A stretch of 64,000 bases of DNA from IMG/VR virus record IMGVR_UViG_3300036944_000273, positions 938 through 64,937 of that record. The stretch is one strand, 5' to 3'. This DNA comes from a virus. Lineage: Duplodnaviria > Caudoviricetes. Under the pieces are notes generated by a model, which worked only from the letters and a program-made list of their open reading frames with translations, was not told the origin of the DNA and did not search any database. A program made the position numbers and the translations under genes. This document shows, one piece after another, positions 10,326-20,313 of this stretch. Numbering within the stretch: position 1 is the stretch's first letter; the number at the start of each line of letters is the position of its first letter.

Positions 10326-11018
10326 ATGATAAATTCTATCCGAAACACCGTGATGTCCATTCTTAACAAGGATAATAATGGATATATAACTCCTGAGGAA
10401 TTCAACTCGTTTGCAAAGCAAGCTCAGTTGGAAATCTTCAATCAATACTTCGTGGACTTTAAGAACTCTAAACTAGAGGATTTTAAAGGAATGGAATCAT
10501 CTGGTTACTCTGACATAACTAAACAGATGGACCAAACCATTGACTATTTTTCTAAAAATGTGCCATTGACTTACGACTCAGGAACGCAAACATTTGCTAT
10601 GCCTAGTGGATGGTTCTTGCTTAATGCATTGTATTATAACCAAAAAGAGATTGAGCACGTAGACCAAAGAAATGTTTATAAATTGCTACAATCTAACTTA
10701 ACGGCACCTAACGAATTGTACCCTGCATATGTTATGCAAGGGGACAGTATGACCGTTTATCCATTAAGTATTATTAGTGGTGTTGAGACATATTATGTTC
10801 GATATCCATATGATCCAAAATGGACATATACATTAGTTAACGGTAGCCCATTGTTTAATCAGTCGGCTAATGACTATCAAGATTTTGAATTAACAGATTC
10901 AGATTTTCCTAAACTTGTTATTAAGATTTGCGAATACGCTGGTACAAGTATCAGAGAACAGGAAGTTGTTGCAAACTCTAAACAGCAAGAAGTTTACATG
11001 GATCAAATGGCACAATAA
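10326..11018 (+). CDS. Tail tubular/ring (adaptor) protein
   Basis: NKDNNGYITPEEFNSFAKQAQ N-terminus of crAss-like ring proteins; position. Confidence 0.7.
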   Translation: MINSIRNTVMSILNKDNNGYITPEEFNSFAKQAQLEIFNQYFVDFKNSKLEDFKGMESSGYSDITKQMDQTIDYFSKNVPLTYDSGTQTFAMPSGWFLLNALYYNQKEIEHVDQRNVYKLLQSNLTAPNELYPAYVMQGDSMTVYPLSIISGVETYYVRYPYDPKWTYTLVNGSPLFNQSANDYQDFELTDSDFPKLVIKICEYAGTSIREQEVVANSKQQEVYMDQMAQ

Positions 11019-11914
11019 TGAATCAAGAACAATATTACACCAATGACGGGGTTACACCTACGGATGCAAATTGGGGAACATATCAGAATGTAACATTAAA
11101 GGAGGTTGTTAATAACTTCCAATTAATGTATATGGATGATGGCGATTTATTGAATAATATCAGCCGTTACAAGATTTTATTTCATGCAAAGCGTGCAATT
11201 CAAGAATTGCAATACGACGGCAATCGTCAAGTAAATGTTTTGCAACTAGAGGTAGGTGACAATTTAAAATTTGTCTTGCCTCCAGACTATGTTAACTGGG
11301 TTCGTATCTCACTATTTTGCGGAGGCGTACTTTACCCTATGCATGAGAATTTGCAAGCTAACTCTGCTACAGAATTCTTGCAAGACCAATACTATAACAT
11401 TCTTTTTGATGAGGATGGAAATGCTCTAATTGGTACATCTAAGTTAGACGAGTCTCGTCTTATTGGCTTGAACCAATGCTACTGTGAGCAGAACGATCAG
11501 TGGGGATGGTACTTGGATGGCTTGTGGTATTTTAATTACCCAGGTGGTCAGTATTATGGCTTAAACACAGAGGCTGCTACAGCTAATCCTACTTTTACAA
11601 TTAATAAAGTAGAAGGTGTAATTAACTTTAGCACAGGCGTTCATCGTCAGTCAGTTGTAGTTGAATATATCTCTGACGGCTTATATGGCTTAACAGATGA
11701 GGAAATTCCTGTGCCAAAATTGGCAGAAGAGTTTATTTATTCTTATATTAAATGGGCAATTTTAAATACAAAGGCAAATCAGCCTGAGTACGTTATTAAT
11801 AGAGCACGTAAAGAAAAGGTTTCTAATTGGAGAAACGCTAAAATCAGATTAAGTAATTTACATCCTGGCCGATTGTTAATGAATATGAGAGGTCAATCTA
11901 AGTGGATAAAATAA
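11018..11914 (+). CDS. Second tail ring protein
   Basis: LPPDYVNWVRIS, VVEYISDG; position before the muzzle. Confidence 0.65.
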   Translation: MNQEQYYTNDGVTPTDANWGTYQNVTLKEVVNNFQLMYMDDGDLLNNISRYKILFHAKRAIQELQYDGNRQVNVLQLEVGDNLKFVLPPDYVNWVRISLFCGGVLYPMHENLQANSATEFLQDQYYNILFDEDGNALIGTSKLDESRLIGLNQCYCEQNDQWGWYLDGLWYFNYPGGQYYGLNTEAATANPTFTINKVEGVINFSTGVHRQSVVVEYISDGLYGLTDEEIPVPKLAEEFIYSYIKWAILNTKANQPEYVINRARKEKVSNWRNAKIRLSNLHPGRLLMNMRGQSKWIK

Positions 11915-14900
11915 ATGGCTGAGTTACAAAGGAACTTCCTACAGGGTATAATGAACAAGGATTTAGATCCTCACTTTTTACCCGATGGACAATATCGTGA
12001 TGCATTAAATATTATCGTTGGAGACTCTGATGGGCAATACGTTGCTATCGAAGGATCTAACAATGGTGCTGCACAAAACTATCTAGGAAATACCTTAATG
12101 AACTCGGCATTAGGTTTGACTAATGCAAAATGCATTGGGTCATTAGCCTATGACGCTTCCAACCTTATTTATTGGTTAGTTGCTGCAGATAATGCAGATG
12201 CTATTTATGAATACAATGAGGCATTAGATTTAACTACAATTGTATTAAAAGCCACAAAAGCTACACCTACTACACCGTCATTGTTGAATTTCAATAAGAC
12301 GTTTTACGTAACAGGTATTAATTATATCAATGGTTTATTATTCTGGACGGATAACTATAATCCTCCAAGAAGAATTAATATTGAGCGTGCAAAAAACTAT
12401 GGTGTTGATAATTTTACTGAAGATGACATCAGTGTTATTCTAGCACCACCATTAGATGCCCCAGCTATTGAATTATCCAATACAGGAGATTCGAACAATT
12501 TAGAAGATAAATTTCTTTACTTTGCGTATCGCTATAAATATATTGATAATGAGTATAGTGCTTTGTCTCCATTTTCTCCGGTAGCTTTTTTTCCAAAGCA
12601 ATTTGCTTATGACTATGGTGTGTCTGAGAACATATCCATGACAAATTATTTTAATACAGTTACTTTGACTTATGACAGAGGTGGCGATAATGTTATTGAA
12701 GTTCAGCTCGTTTATAAAGACACAAGAAGTCTAAATGCATATATTATAGATAATATTCAAACAAGAACTTTATCTTCTTCTCAATCTCAAACATATCAAT
12801 TTAAAAACAATAAAGTTTATTCAATACTTGATGCAGATCAAGTAAATAGACTTTTTGATAATGTGCCATTAAAAGCTAAGTCACAAGAATTAATTGGTAG
12901 CCGTTTAATTTATGGTAACTATACACAGTTTTTTAATTTGGTCAATTGTATTGGTGAGCCAATAAATCCTGTGTTTAATTTATCATTAACTGATGAAATT
13001 ATATCAGATAATATTCCAAAGCCTACATTTAAGAGTAATAGAGATTACGAAATTGGTTTAGTGTATCTAGATGATTATGGAAGAAGTACGACAGTCGTTA
13101 TACCTGAAGGCGATAATACTACTGATCTTACAAATACCATTTTTATTCCAGCAGAAAATGCCAATGTAGCTAATAACATTCGTGTTACAATAGACAAGAA
13201 TTTTGAGCCACCTTGTTTTGCTACATATTATCGTTTTTATATAAAACAAAATAAGCAGGATTACTATAACGTATTTCCATTGACTTATTTTACAGAAGGT
13301 CAATTTAAATGGTTCCTAATTAACCAAGCTGATGTAGATAAGATATCAGTTGGTTCTTATGTTTATTTAAAGAATTCATCTAATGTATCAAAAGATGTTC
13401 AATTTAAAATATTAGATATTGAAAGTAAGTCGGCTAACTTTTTAGATAATGATAATATACAACCTGCTGGCGTATATTTTAAAGTAAAGATATCAAGCAG
13501 TGTATTGCCAGATGTATTTACTTATTATGGATATGGCTCTAGAACAGGATCAACAGATCCAGTAACAGGTGATTTTCAGGTAGCCGAAGAAACAATATTT
13601 TACGGTGTAGGTCTAAATAACTTAGAGACATCAAATGGGAATATTTATTCTACAACAATTCCTTCAGGTAAACCAAATGTAGATGCAAGATTTTATGTAG
13701 AGATAAATGGATCTGGAACTCCGGATACATACAGATACTACGTTATGTTTGGCGGTAGTGGAAAGAAATTAGTTGCTTCGGGGATAAATATTGTTGCTGG
13801 AGTTGATGCTGTATTGACATATACGGGTCCAGTCGAATCTTTGACAATATATGGTAATTATACAGTAACAATATCTTGTACGGTTAGATTTGATACAAGT
13901 ACAGGACACACTACAGGTGACTATTGGGTAGTTAATTGTCGTGCTTCATTTGGCACATTTACAGGACCAATTAATATATTTGGTGGAATAGCAATACTTA
14001 GCACATCTACTTGGGCTGCTGTATATGTTACTACACAAAGTTGGACTCTTAGTTCTTTGACTAGTAGTGTTCGTCCTGTTTACCCTGGAGCTATTTTAAA
14101 ATTTGCAGTTCAATATGGCTCAACAGGAACTAAATTAGAAAAACAATTTATATCTAGTGCTTATTACGCAAATATTGAAGAATGGTTTATTGAGGATAAT
14201 GCATATATCAATTTTAGCATTTTAGATAATGGTAGTAAGGATGTAAACTTTAGAAGAATACAAAATCTTCCAGTAAATACTTCTTCTCAGACAGGTACTC
14301 AAGGTGGTTCAATATCTGGTGATAGTTTAGTTTATCCAATGGCAATGTTTATTGGACCTGATTTTAATACTACAGCACCAGATTATTTCTTTGCTTCTTT
14401 AAATGTAGTTCAACAATCAATTTCAACTGTGTTTGAAACTGTTCCTGTTGATTTTAATCAAGATGTTTATTACGAGCTATCGGATACTTTTGCTATTATA
14501 GATGGAGTTCATACAGGTAATTATCAAAATCAAATATTACCTGATCCTGATGTAATACCTCCAGTAACAGGACAGTCTGCTATTGTTGATTTAAATACAT
14601 TTACACAGAATTCAAACTTCAATGCTTTTGCATGGGGTAATAATGTCGAAAGCTATAGAATTAGAGACGACTATAACGCAGCTACAATGGAGTTTAGCCC
14701 TAGAGCTAACTCTACTATCGAAGGATATGAACAGCAAACTCTTGTTCAAGCTTTAACATATAGTGGTGTTTACCAACAAACAACTGCATTAAATAGACTC
14801 AATGAGTTTAACTTATCACTTGGTAACTTTAAATACTTAGATAGATTCTTTGGATCTATTCAAAAGTTATATGCAAGAGATACTGACTTAGTTGTATTCC

Positions 14901-17806
14901 AAGAGAATAAAATATCTAAGGTATTATATGGTAAAAACTTATTAAGCGATTCTACAGGAGGAGGTACAATTGCTTCTATTCCTGAAGTACTTGGTACGCA
15001 GATTGCCTACTTAGGTGAATATGGGATTAGTAATAATCCTGAGAGCTTTGCTATATGGGGTAATGATTTATTCTTTACTGATACTAGAAGAGCAGCAGTC
15101 TTAAAACTTGCTGAGAACGGATTGTTTGAGATATCATCTGATGGTATGAAGAACTGGTTTAAAGCAAACTTGGATAATAATACTCAAAAACTTGGAATAT
15201 TTGATCCATACTTTGAGCATTATGTTTTATCTAACAATGATGTTTCTGTAAACTATTGTGTATTTGATGTGAATGAGCAAGATGTTGATTTTGCTAAAGA
15301 AGCAAAAACAAATGTATATGCATTTACGGTAGATTCAAATAATGAATGGTATATCACAGTGCCTACTAATGATTGGTTAACATTAAGTACATTATATGGT
15401 AATGATACGACATTAATTTATTATAGTGCCACTGCTAATACAGGTAACATTCGTAACCTAACAGTTACAGTTCAAGGATGTGGTGGAACAAGAAATATTA
15501 TATTTAATCAGGCTAGTGGAGTAACTACCACTACAACTACAACCACATCTGGACCTACCACTACAACTACAACCACCACTGGTGGACCAACTACAACTAC
15601 AACGACTACTACACAGATACCTGTATGGTATAGATTAATATCTTGTATTAATGGAGATATAGTTAACTCCATTAGCTATCCTGTAGATTCATTCTCAATT
15701 GGAGATATTGTTGAATTTGGTGGAGCTTATTTTACAGTTGATTTACAATTATTTTCTAATCCAGGTGGTCCGTTAATACCAATCACATCAACAGTATTTA
15801 CAAGTTGTCCTCCTCCTACTACAACAACTACAACAACCACACATGCACCGTATGTGTTAGAAGTTGCTCCTTGTGGAGGTGGGACTAATTACTTTATTAC
15901 ACTTGCTAGTGGGTTAAGTTATCCTGTTGGATTTGCTTTGGTATTACAAAAGACAGGTGTGCCTGCTTTCCCAGGTAATATTTGTTATGAAGTGTTAAAT
16001 GCTGACTCTCCTACTACACCTGATTATTTAGCTGTAAATGTAGTTGGCGAATCATTATCTTGTGCAAGTTGTGTTCCACCGACTACAACCACTACAACTA
16101 CAACTACGTTACCGCCAGTTTGGTATCAAATGACCGCATGTTCTAATGGAGATACTGTTAATTCACAACAATATACTTTAGGCTCATTTTCAGTTGGACA
16201 AATTGTTGAATTTGGTGGAGCTTACTTTACTATTGTTTCTGAATTATATGCAAATCCTGGTGGATCTCAAATACCAATTACTTTAACAGGGTTAACTAGT
16301 TGTCCCGCAACAACTACTACTACCACAACTACTACTCATGCACCTTACGTATTGGAAGTTGCACCTTGTGGAGGTGGTACAAACTATTTCATTACATTGT
16401 CTAGCGGACTAAGTTATCCTGTAGGATTTGCATTGGTTCTTGAGAAGACAGGTGTTCCTGCATTCCCGGGCAATATTTGTTATGAAGTGTTAAATGCTGA
16501 CTCTGCTGCCACACCTGATTACTTGGCAGTTAATGTTGTAAGTCAATCATTGTCGTGTGCCAGTTGTGTACCTGCTACTACAACTACAACTACTACGACT
16601 ACCTTAGCTCCTGTTTGGTATAGAACTACTTCTTGTGCTGACGGGTCTACAGTATATACAACACAGCGTACAATTGGAACATTTGCAATAAATGACCGAT
16701 TGACTTTTGGTGGGGCATTCTTTGTGGTTGCACAAGAGTTAACTACTAATCCAGGCGGCTCTCAAATTGAAATGACAGGTACTGGATTAACAGGGTGTCC
16801 TGCAACTACAACGACCACAACTACTACTACTCTGCCTCCAATGTCGTTTACTTATTCGACTTCTTGTGCTGGCGGAGAAGGAACTGGAGTTATAACTATT
16901 AATAGTATATCAGGCGGTACAGGAACAGGATACCAATACAGTATTCAGCCTACTCCTGGGACATGGTTTAACTATCCTGCAACTAATCAATTGACGGGCT
17001 TAGGAAACGGAACGTATACTGTTGCGGCTAGAGATAGTGTTGGTAATGGGACAAGTACACCTGGTATATCTATATCTTGTATAACTCCTACGACTACTAC
17101 AACGACATTAGCTCCTACTACTACGACTACAACTTGTACTCCAAATGGTACTTTATTATCTACGTTCTGTTCAGGGTTTGATTTGATTGGGGTTTATGCT
17201 AATGGTTCTTGTGGTACTTATAACTCAGTTATTCAGTTTAACTCACCTAGCTGTGGATATGTAACTCCTACAACAACTACTACTTGTACGCCAAATGGTA
17301 CATTGTTATCAACTTATTGTTCAGGTGTTAACTTGGTTGGAGTTTATGCAAATGGTTCTTGTGGAACTTTTGATTCGATTATAGAATACAATTCTCCAAG
17401 TTGTGGATATGTGCCACCAACAACTACAACAACTTGTACTCCAAGTGGTACTTTATTATCTACATTCTGCTCAGGATTTGATTTGATTGGAGTATATGCT
17501 AACGGAAGTTGTGGTACTTACAATTCACCAATAGAGTTTAATTCGCCAAGTTGTGGATATGTAGCACCAACAACAACCACAGCTGCACCTACTACTACTA
17601 CTACTACCGTTCCTCCTGCTGCATGTTATACTTATAATTGGGTTTGTGATAATGGCTTTGGAGCACCTTGCGATTTAAGTTGGACAAATTGCGATGGTAG
17701 TCCTGGTAGTGATTTTGTATCAGATGGTTCAGGAGGATCTGTATGTGCCCAAGTTGATACCTTTGGTATAGGAAATGGTTCTTGGACTCAAGGAGGAAGT
17801 TGCTAA
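11915..17806 (+). CDS. Tail muzzle/stabilization protein (N-terminal part) fused to BACON, poly-Thr/Cys-rich repeats and an SprB-like repeat
   Basis: GIMNKDLD..GQYRDALN, LLFWTDNYNPPRRINI, GEYGISNNPESF, FDPYFEHY (muzzle); BACON-like ~15260-15513; Thr tracts 15524-17608. Confidence 0.85.
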   Translation: MAELQRNFLQGIMNKDLDPHFLPDGQYRDALNIIVGDSDGQYVAIEGSNNGAAQNYLGNTLMNSALGLTNAKCIGSLAYDASNLIYWLVAADNADAIYEYNEALDLTTIVLKATKATPTTPSLLNFNKTFYVTGINYINGLLFWTDNYNPPRRINIERAKNYGVDNFTEDDISVILAPPLDAPAIELSNTGDSNNLEDKFLYFAYRYKYIDNEYSALSPFSPVAFFPKQFAYDYGVSENISMTNYFNTVTLTYDRGGDNVIEVQLVYKDTRSLNAYIIDNIQTRTLSSSQSQTYQFKNNKVYSILDADQVNRLFDNVPLKAKSQELIGSRLIYGNYTQFFNLVNCIGEPINPVFNLSLTDEIISDNIPKPTFKSNRDYEIGLVYLDDYGRSTTVVIPEGDNTTDLTNTIFIPAENANVANNIRVTIDKNFEPPCFATYYRFYIKQNKQDYYNVFPLTYFTEGQFKWFLINQADVDKISVGSYVYLKNSSNVSKDVQFKILDIESKSANFLDNDNIQPAGVYFKVKISSSVLPDVFTYYGYGSRTGSTDPVTGDFQVAEETIFYGVGLNNLETSNGNIYSTTIPSGKPNVDARFYVEINGSGTPDTYRYYVMFGGSGKKLVASGINIVAGVDAVLTYTGPVESLTIYGNYTVTISCTVRFDTSTGHTTGDYWVVNCRASFGTFTGPINIFGGIAILSTSTWAAVYVTTQSWTLSSLTSSVRPVYPGAILKFAVQYGSTGTKLEKQFISSAYYANIEEWFIEDNAYINFSILDNGSKDVNFRRIQNLPVNTSSQTGTQGGSISGDSLVYPMAMFIGPDFNTTAPDYFFASLNVVQQSISTVFETVPVDFNQDVYYELSDTFAIIDGVHTGNYQNQILPDPDVIPPVTGQSAIVDLNTFTQNSNFNAFAWGNNVESYRIRDDYNAATMEFSPRANSTIEGYEQQTLVQALTYSGVYQQTTALNRLNEFNLSLGNFKYLDRFFGSIQKLYARDTDLVVFQENKISKVLYGKNLLSDSTGGGTIASIPEVLGTQIAYLGEYGISNNPESFAIWGNDLFFTDTRRAAVLKLAENGLFEISSDGMKNWFKANLDNNTQKLGIFDPYFEHYVLSNNDVSVNYCVFDVNEQDVDFAKEAKTNVYAFTVDSNNEWYITVPTNDWLTLSTLYGNDTTLIYYSATANTGNIRNLTVTVQGCGGTRNIIFNQASGVTTTTTTTTSGPTTTTTTTTGGPTTTTTTTTQIPVWYRLISCINGDIVNSISYPVDSFSIGDIVEFGGAYFTVDLQLFSNPGGPLIPITSTVFTSCPPPTTTTTTTTHAPYVLEVAPCGGGTNYFITLASGLSYPVGFALVLQKTGVPAFPGNICYEVLNADSPTTPDYLAVNVVGESLSCASCVPPTTTTTTTTTLPPVWYQMTACSNGDTVNSQQYTLGSFSVGQIVEFGGAYFTIVSELYANPGGSQIPITLTGLTSCPATTTTTTTTTHAPYVLEVAPCGGGTNYFITLSSGLSYPVGFALVLEKTGVPAFPGNICYEVLNADSAATPDYLAVNVVSQSLSCASCVPATTTTTTTTTLAPVWYRTTSCADGSTVYTTQRTIGTFAINDRLTFGGAFFVVAQELTTNPGGSQIEMTGTGLTGCPATTTTTTTTTLPPMSFTYSTSCAGGEGTGVITINSISGGTGTGYQYSIQPTPGTWFNYPATNQLTGLGNGTYTVAARDSVGNGTSTPGISISCITPTTTTTTLAPTTTTTTCTPNGTLLSTFCSGFDLIGVYANGSCGTYNSVIQFNSPSCGYVTPTTTTTCTPNGTLLSTYCSGVNLVGVYANGSCGTFDSIIEYNSPSCGYVPPTTTTTCTPSGTLLSTFCSGFDLIGVYANGSCGTYNSPIEFNSPSCGYVAPTTTTAAPTTTTTTVPPAACYTYNWVCDNGFGAPCDLSWTNCDGSPGSDFVSDGSGGSVCAQVDTFGIGNGSWTQGGSC
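15524..17608 (+). repeat. Mucin-like array: about 14 poly-Thr tracts separating Cys-containing modules (A-B-A'-B'-A'', SprB-like, C-C'-C'')
   Basis: Modules PVWY..C..G..FGGAYF..NPGG x3, HAPYVLEVAPCGGGTNYF x2, CTPNGTLLSTFCSGFDLIGVYANGSCG x3; Thr encoded by mixed codons. Confidence 0.95.
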
Positions 17807-17824
17807 AAAATAAAATAAAATAAA

Positions 17825-18757
17825 ATGAATCTAAGATTTGTATCTGCCCAACCTGCCATAAAGTATTACACGTGGCAGGTTGAGACTATGCTTAACAATT
17901 TTGCTGAGATGGGAATCAATCTCAACAATGTTGATGTTGTCTGCTGTAAGGAAGACTCAACAGTTCCAGAAGACTGGTCTAAACTTGCTAACAGATATCC
18001 TGCAAGATTTTTCTTTTATGAAGATACCCGTGAAACTAAAGGGTATATTTCATCAATCAGGCCCAATATATTGAAGCAACATTGGACTGCTCATCCTGAG
18101 TTAGAGCAAGAAGCAATTTTTTATCATGATTGCGATATTGTATTTACTCGTCCAATAAATTGGATTTACAATTACGTTGAAGATAATGAGTGGTATGGAT
18201 CTGATACACGTTGGTATATTGGACATGATTATATTATATCAAAAGGTGAAGATGTATTAGATGCAATGTGTGAAATTGCTAATATCAATAAATCGATTGT
18301 TAAAGAGAATGAATTGAATTCTATTGGTGCTCAATACCTAATGAAGGGATTAACATATGATTTTTGGAATAACGTAGAACACATTTCAGAAAAATTATTT
18401 GTTGATATAACCAATTTAAATAATCAAAAAAAGATACAAGACCCTAAGCATCATGAGTTACAAATATGGTGTGCGGATATGTGGGCTGTTCTTTGGGAAG
18501 GATGGAAGAGAGGATACAAAACACACTGCGAAGATGATTTTCAATTTTGTTGGGCTACTACTCAAGAGTCTGATTGGTTTAAGTTTAATATATTTCATAA
18601 TGCTGGAGTAGTCTCTTCTAAAGAAGGATTATTTTATAAAGGCGAATATGCAAATGACCTGCCGTATAATAAACCATTAAATATAAAAGAAAATACAGCA
18701 AGTTGGCACTATTGGAATGAAATACAAAAGACAGCTAAAAAAAGTTGCTTAATATGA
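17825..18757 (+). CDS. Glycosyltransferase, GT-A fold (resembles GT95/GT96-type peptide O-glycosyltransferases)
   Basis: DxD motif YHDCDIVF, GAQYL, WCADMWA (compare W..EMY of HPAT/SERGT), IFHNAG. Confidence 0.65.
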   Translation: MNLRFVSAQPAIKYYTWQVETMLNNFAEMGINLNNVDVVCCKEDSTVPEDWSKLANRYPARFFFYEDTRETKGYISSIRPNILKQHWTAHPELEQEAIFYHDCDIVFTRPINWIYNYVEDNEWYGSDTRWYIGHDYIISKGEDVLDAMCEIANINKSIVKENELNSIGAQYLMKGLTYDFWNNVEHISEKLFVDITNLNNQKKIQDPKHHELQIWCADMWAVLWEGWKRGYKTHCEDDFQFCWATTQESDWFKFNIFHNAGVVSSKEGLFYKGEYANDLPYNKPLNIKENTASWHYWNEIQKTAKKSCLI

Positions 18758-19548
18758 ATAAGGTAAGTTTTGTATGCACAACCTTTAGAAGATTCACATG
18801 CGTAAAAAGAATATTAGCTCAGTTTGATGCACAGACATATCCTAACAAGGAGTTAATTATATTTAATACTGATGAAGAGTATCCTTATGTATTGGCTGAG
18901 GAAAGGGATGATGTTATAATAGTAAACAATGGTATTGATTACCAAACTGGTTTACCATATACTAATAGAGGATATATTTGCAGAGATGCTATTACACATG
19001 CTACAGGTTATTACTTTATGTTGGCGGATGACGATGATATTTATTTGCCTTGGCATTTGCAACAAGCAGTAGAAGGAATTGAAGAGTTAGGAACAGATGC
19101 TTGGAAGCCAGAGAAGTCATTCTTTGCTACGTCTCATAAATTAGAGCTTGCTATGAATATTATGGAAGCTTCAGTAATTGTAAAGATGGATAGAATAAGA
19201 GAGATTGGATTTAGATCTGACTTAACTGGATACGAAGGTTTAAGTTGGTATACTAAACTAAGAGATGAAGGCCATATAGATGAGCATAATAAAAAATACA
19301 TTCCATCTTATTGCTTTAATTGGTCTGATCCAATAGAAGTAGCTGGACATAAGCAAAGTGGCGATATTAATAATCCTAATAATTTTGAAGAACACAAAAA
19401 GAAAAGTTTAGATGTGGCTGATAAGCCTCTTGTTTTAATACACAGAAACGAATTATTTAATATTTACGATAATTATTATAAATTTATATTTAACAATATA
19501 GAATTATTTGACAAAGAGTTACTTGAAAAGTATATTTTATTAAAATGA
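18754..19548 (+). CDS. Glycosyltransferase family 2
   Basis: VSFVCTTFRR, QTYPNKELIIFN, FMLADDDDIYLP; ATGA overlap with the upstream GT. Confidence 0.88.
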   Translation: MNKVSFVCTTFRRFTCVKRILAQFDAQTYPNKELIIFNTDEEYPYVLAEERDDVIIVNNGIDYQTGLPYTNRGYICRDAITHATGYYFMLADDDDIYLPWHLQQAVEGIEELGTDAWKPEKSFFATSHKLELAMNIMEASVIVKMDRIREIGFRSDLTGYEGLSWYTKLRDEGHIDEHNKKYIPSYCFNWSDPIEVAGHKQSGDINNPNNFEEHKKKSLDVADKPLVLIHRNELFNIYDNYYKFIFNNIELFDKELLEKYILLK

Positions 19549-19555
19549 TAATGTG

Positions 19556-19563
19556 TAAATTTG
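19556..19563 (+). promoter_or_regulatory. Bacteroidota -7 box TAAATTTG
   Basis: 7 nt upstream of ATG 19571. Confidence 0.55.
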
Positions 19564-19570
19564 TAAATAT

Positions 19571-20296
19571 ATGGCTAACTACACAATTACATATTCTCCG
19601 AAAGATAATGGATGGACTTCGTACCATTCTTATTATCCGGATTGGATGGTTACAATGAATAACTCTCTTTATACATTTAAGGGAGGAAATTTGTATAAGC
19701 ATTATAGTAATGAAACACGTAATAGTTATTATGGAGTTTTATATCCATCTACAATAACTACTATATTTAATAACGAGCCTTCTCAAACTAAGCAATTTAA
19801 AACTATTGCTACTAACTCAACTACTGCCTGGGAAACAGCTGTGCTATCTGATCAAGGTGAGGGCTATATTAATTCTGATTACTATGCATTAAAAGAAGGT
19901 ACATGGTACGCTTATATCAGAAGAAATCCTGATGATAACAGTTTGGCTATGATTTCAGCTCAAGGCGTAGGTAATGTTACAGCTTACGCATCTAACGTAC
20001 TTACATTTGCATTTAATATTGGTGATATTGTCAGTGATGGCGATAGTTTATATATGTTAAATGGAGCTAATATTCAGTTTTGCGGTGTTATAACAGCTCA
20101 CACAGATAATACAATAACTATTAATAGAACAGGAGCAATTCCAATTAATGGCAGCTTTATTCTTTATCTTAAGAGCAGCGTTGCTGAGTCAACTCCAACA
20201 AGAGGAACATACCTTGAGGTGCAGTTTACTAATAATGATACAGAGTATACCGAAATGTACATGACTTCATCTGAGGTATTCAAATCATATTCTTAA
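19571..20296 (+). CDS. Muzzle/stabilization protein C-terminal part expressed as a separate gene
   Basis: TITYSPKDNGWTSYHSYYPD..LYTFKGGNLYKH..K.FKTI..KEGTWYAYI..RGTYL, the usual C-terminal segment of crAss-like muzzle proteins. Confidence 0.7.
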   Translation: MANYTITYSPKDNGWTSYHSYYPDWMVTMNNSLYTFKGGNLYKHYSNETRNSYYGVLYPSTITTIFNNEPSQTKQFKTIATNSTTAWETAVLSDQGEGYINSDYYALKEGTWYAYIRRNPDDNSLAMISAQGVGNVTAYASNVLTFAFNIGDIVSDGDSLYMLNGANIQFCGVITAHTDNTITINRTGAIPINGSFILYLKSSVAESTPTRGTYLEVQFTNNDTEYTEMYMTSSEVFKSYS

Positions 20297-20313
20297 TATA
20301 ACTATCTTTGCAA

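Noticed and set aside
15617-17580. Repeats as a diversity-generating retroelement TR/VR pair
   Set aside because: All copies are in-frame coding, differences are not adenine-specific, and no reverse transcriptase is visible
15524-17608. ACN-rich tracts as a CRISPR array or microsatellite
   Set aside because: They are in-frame poly-Thr with mixed codons; there is no constant repeat-spacer periodicity and no cas genes
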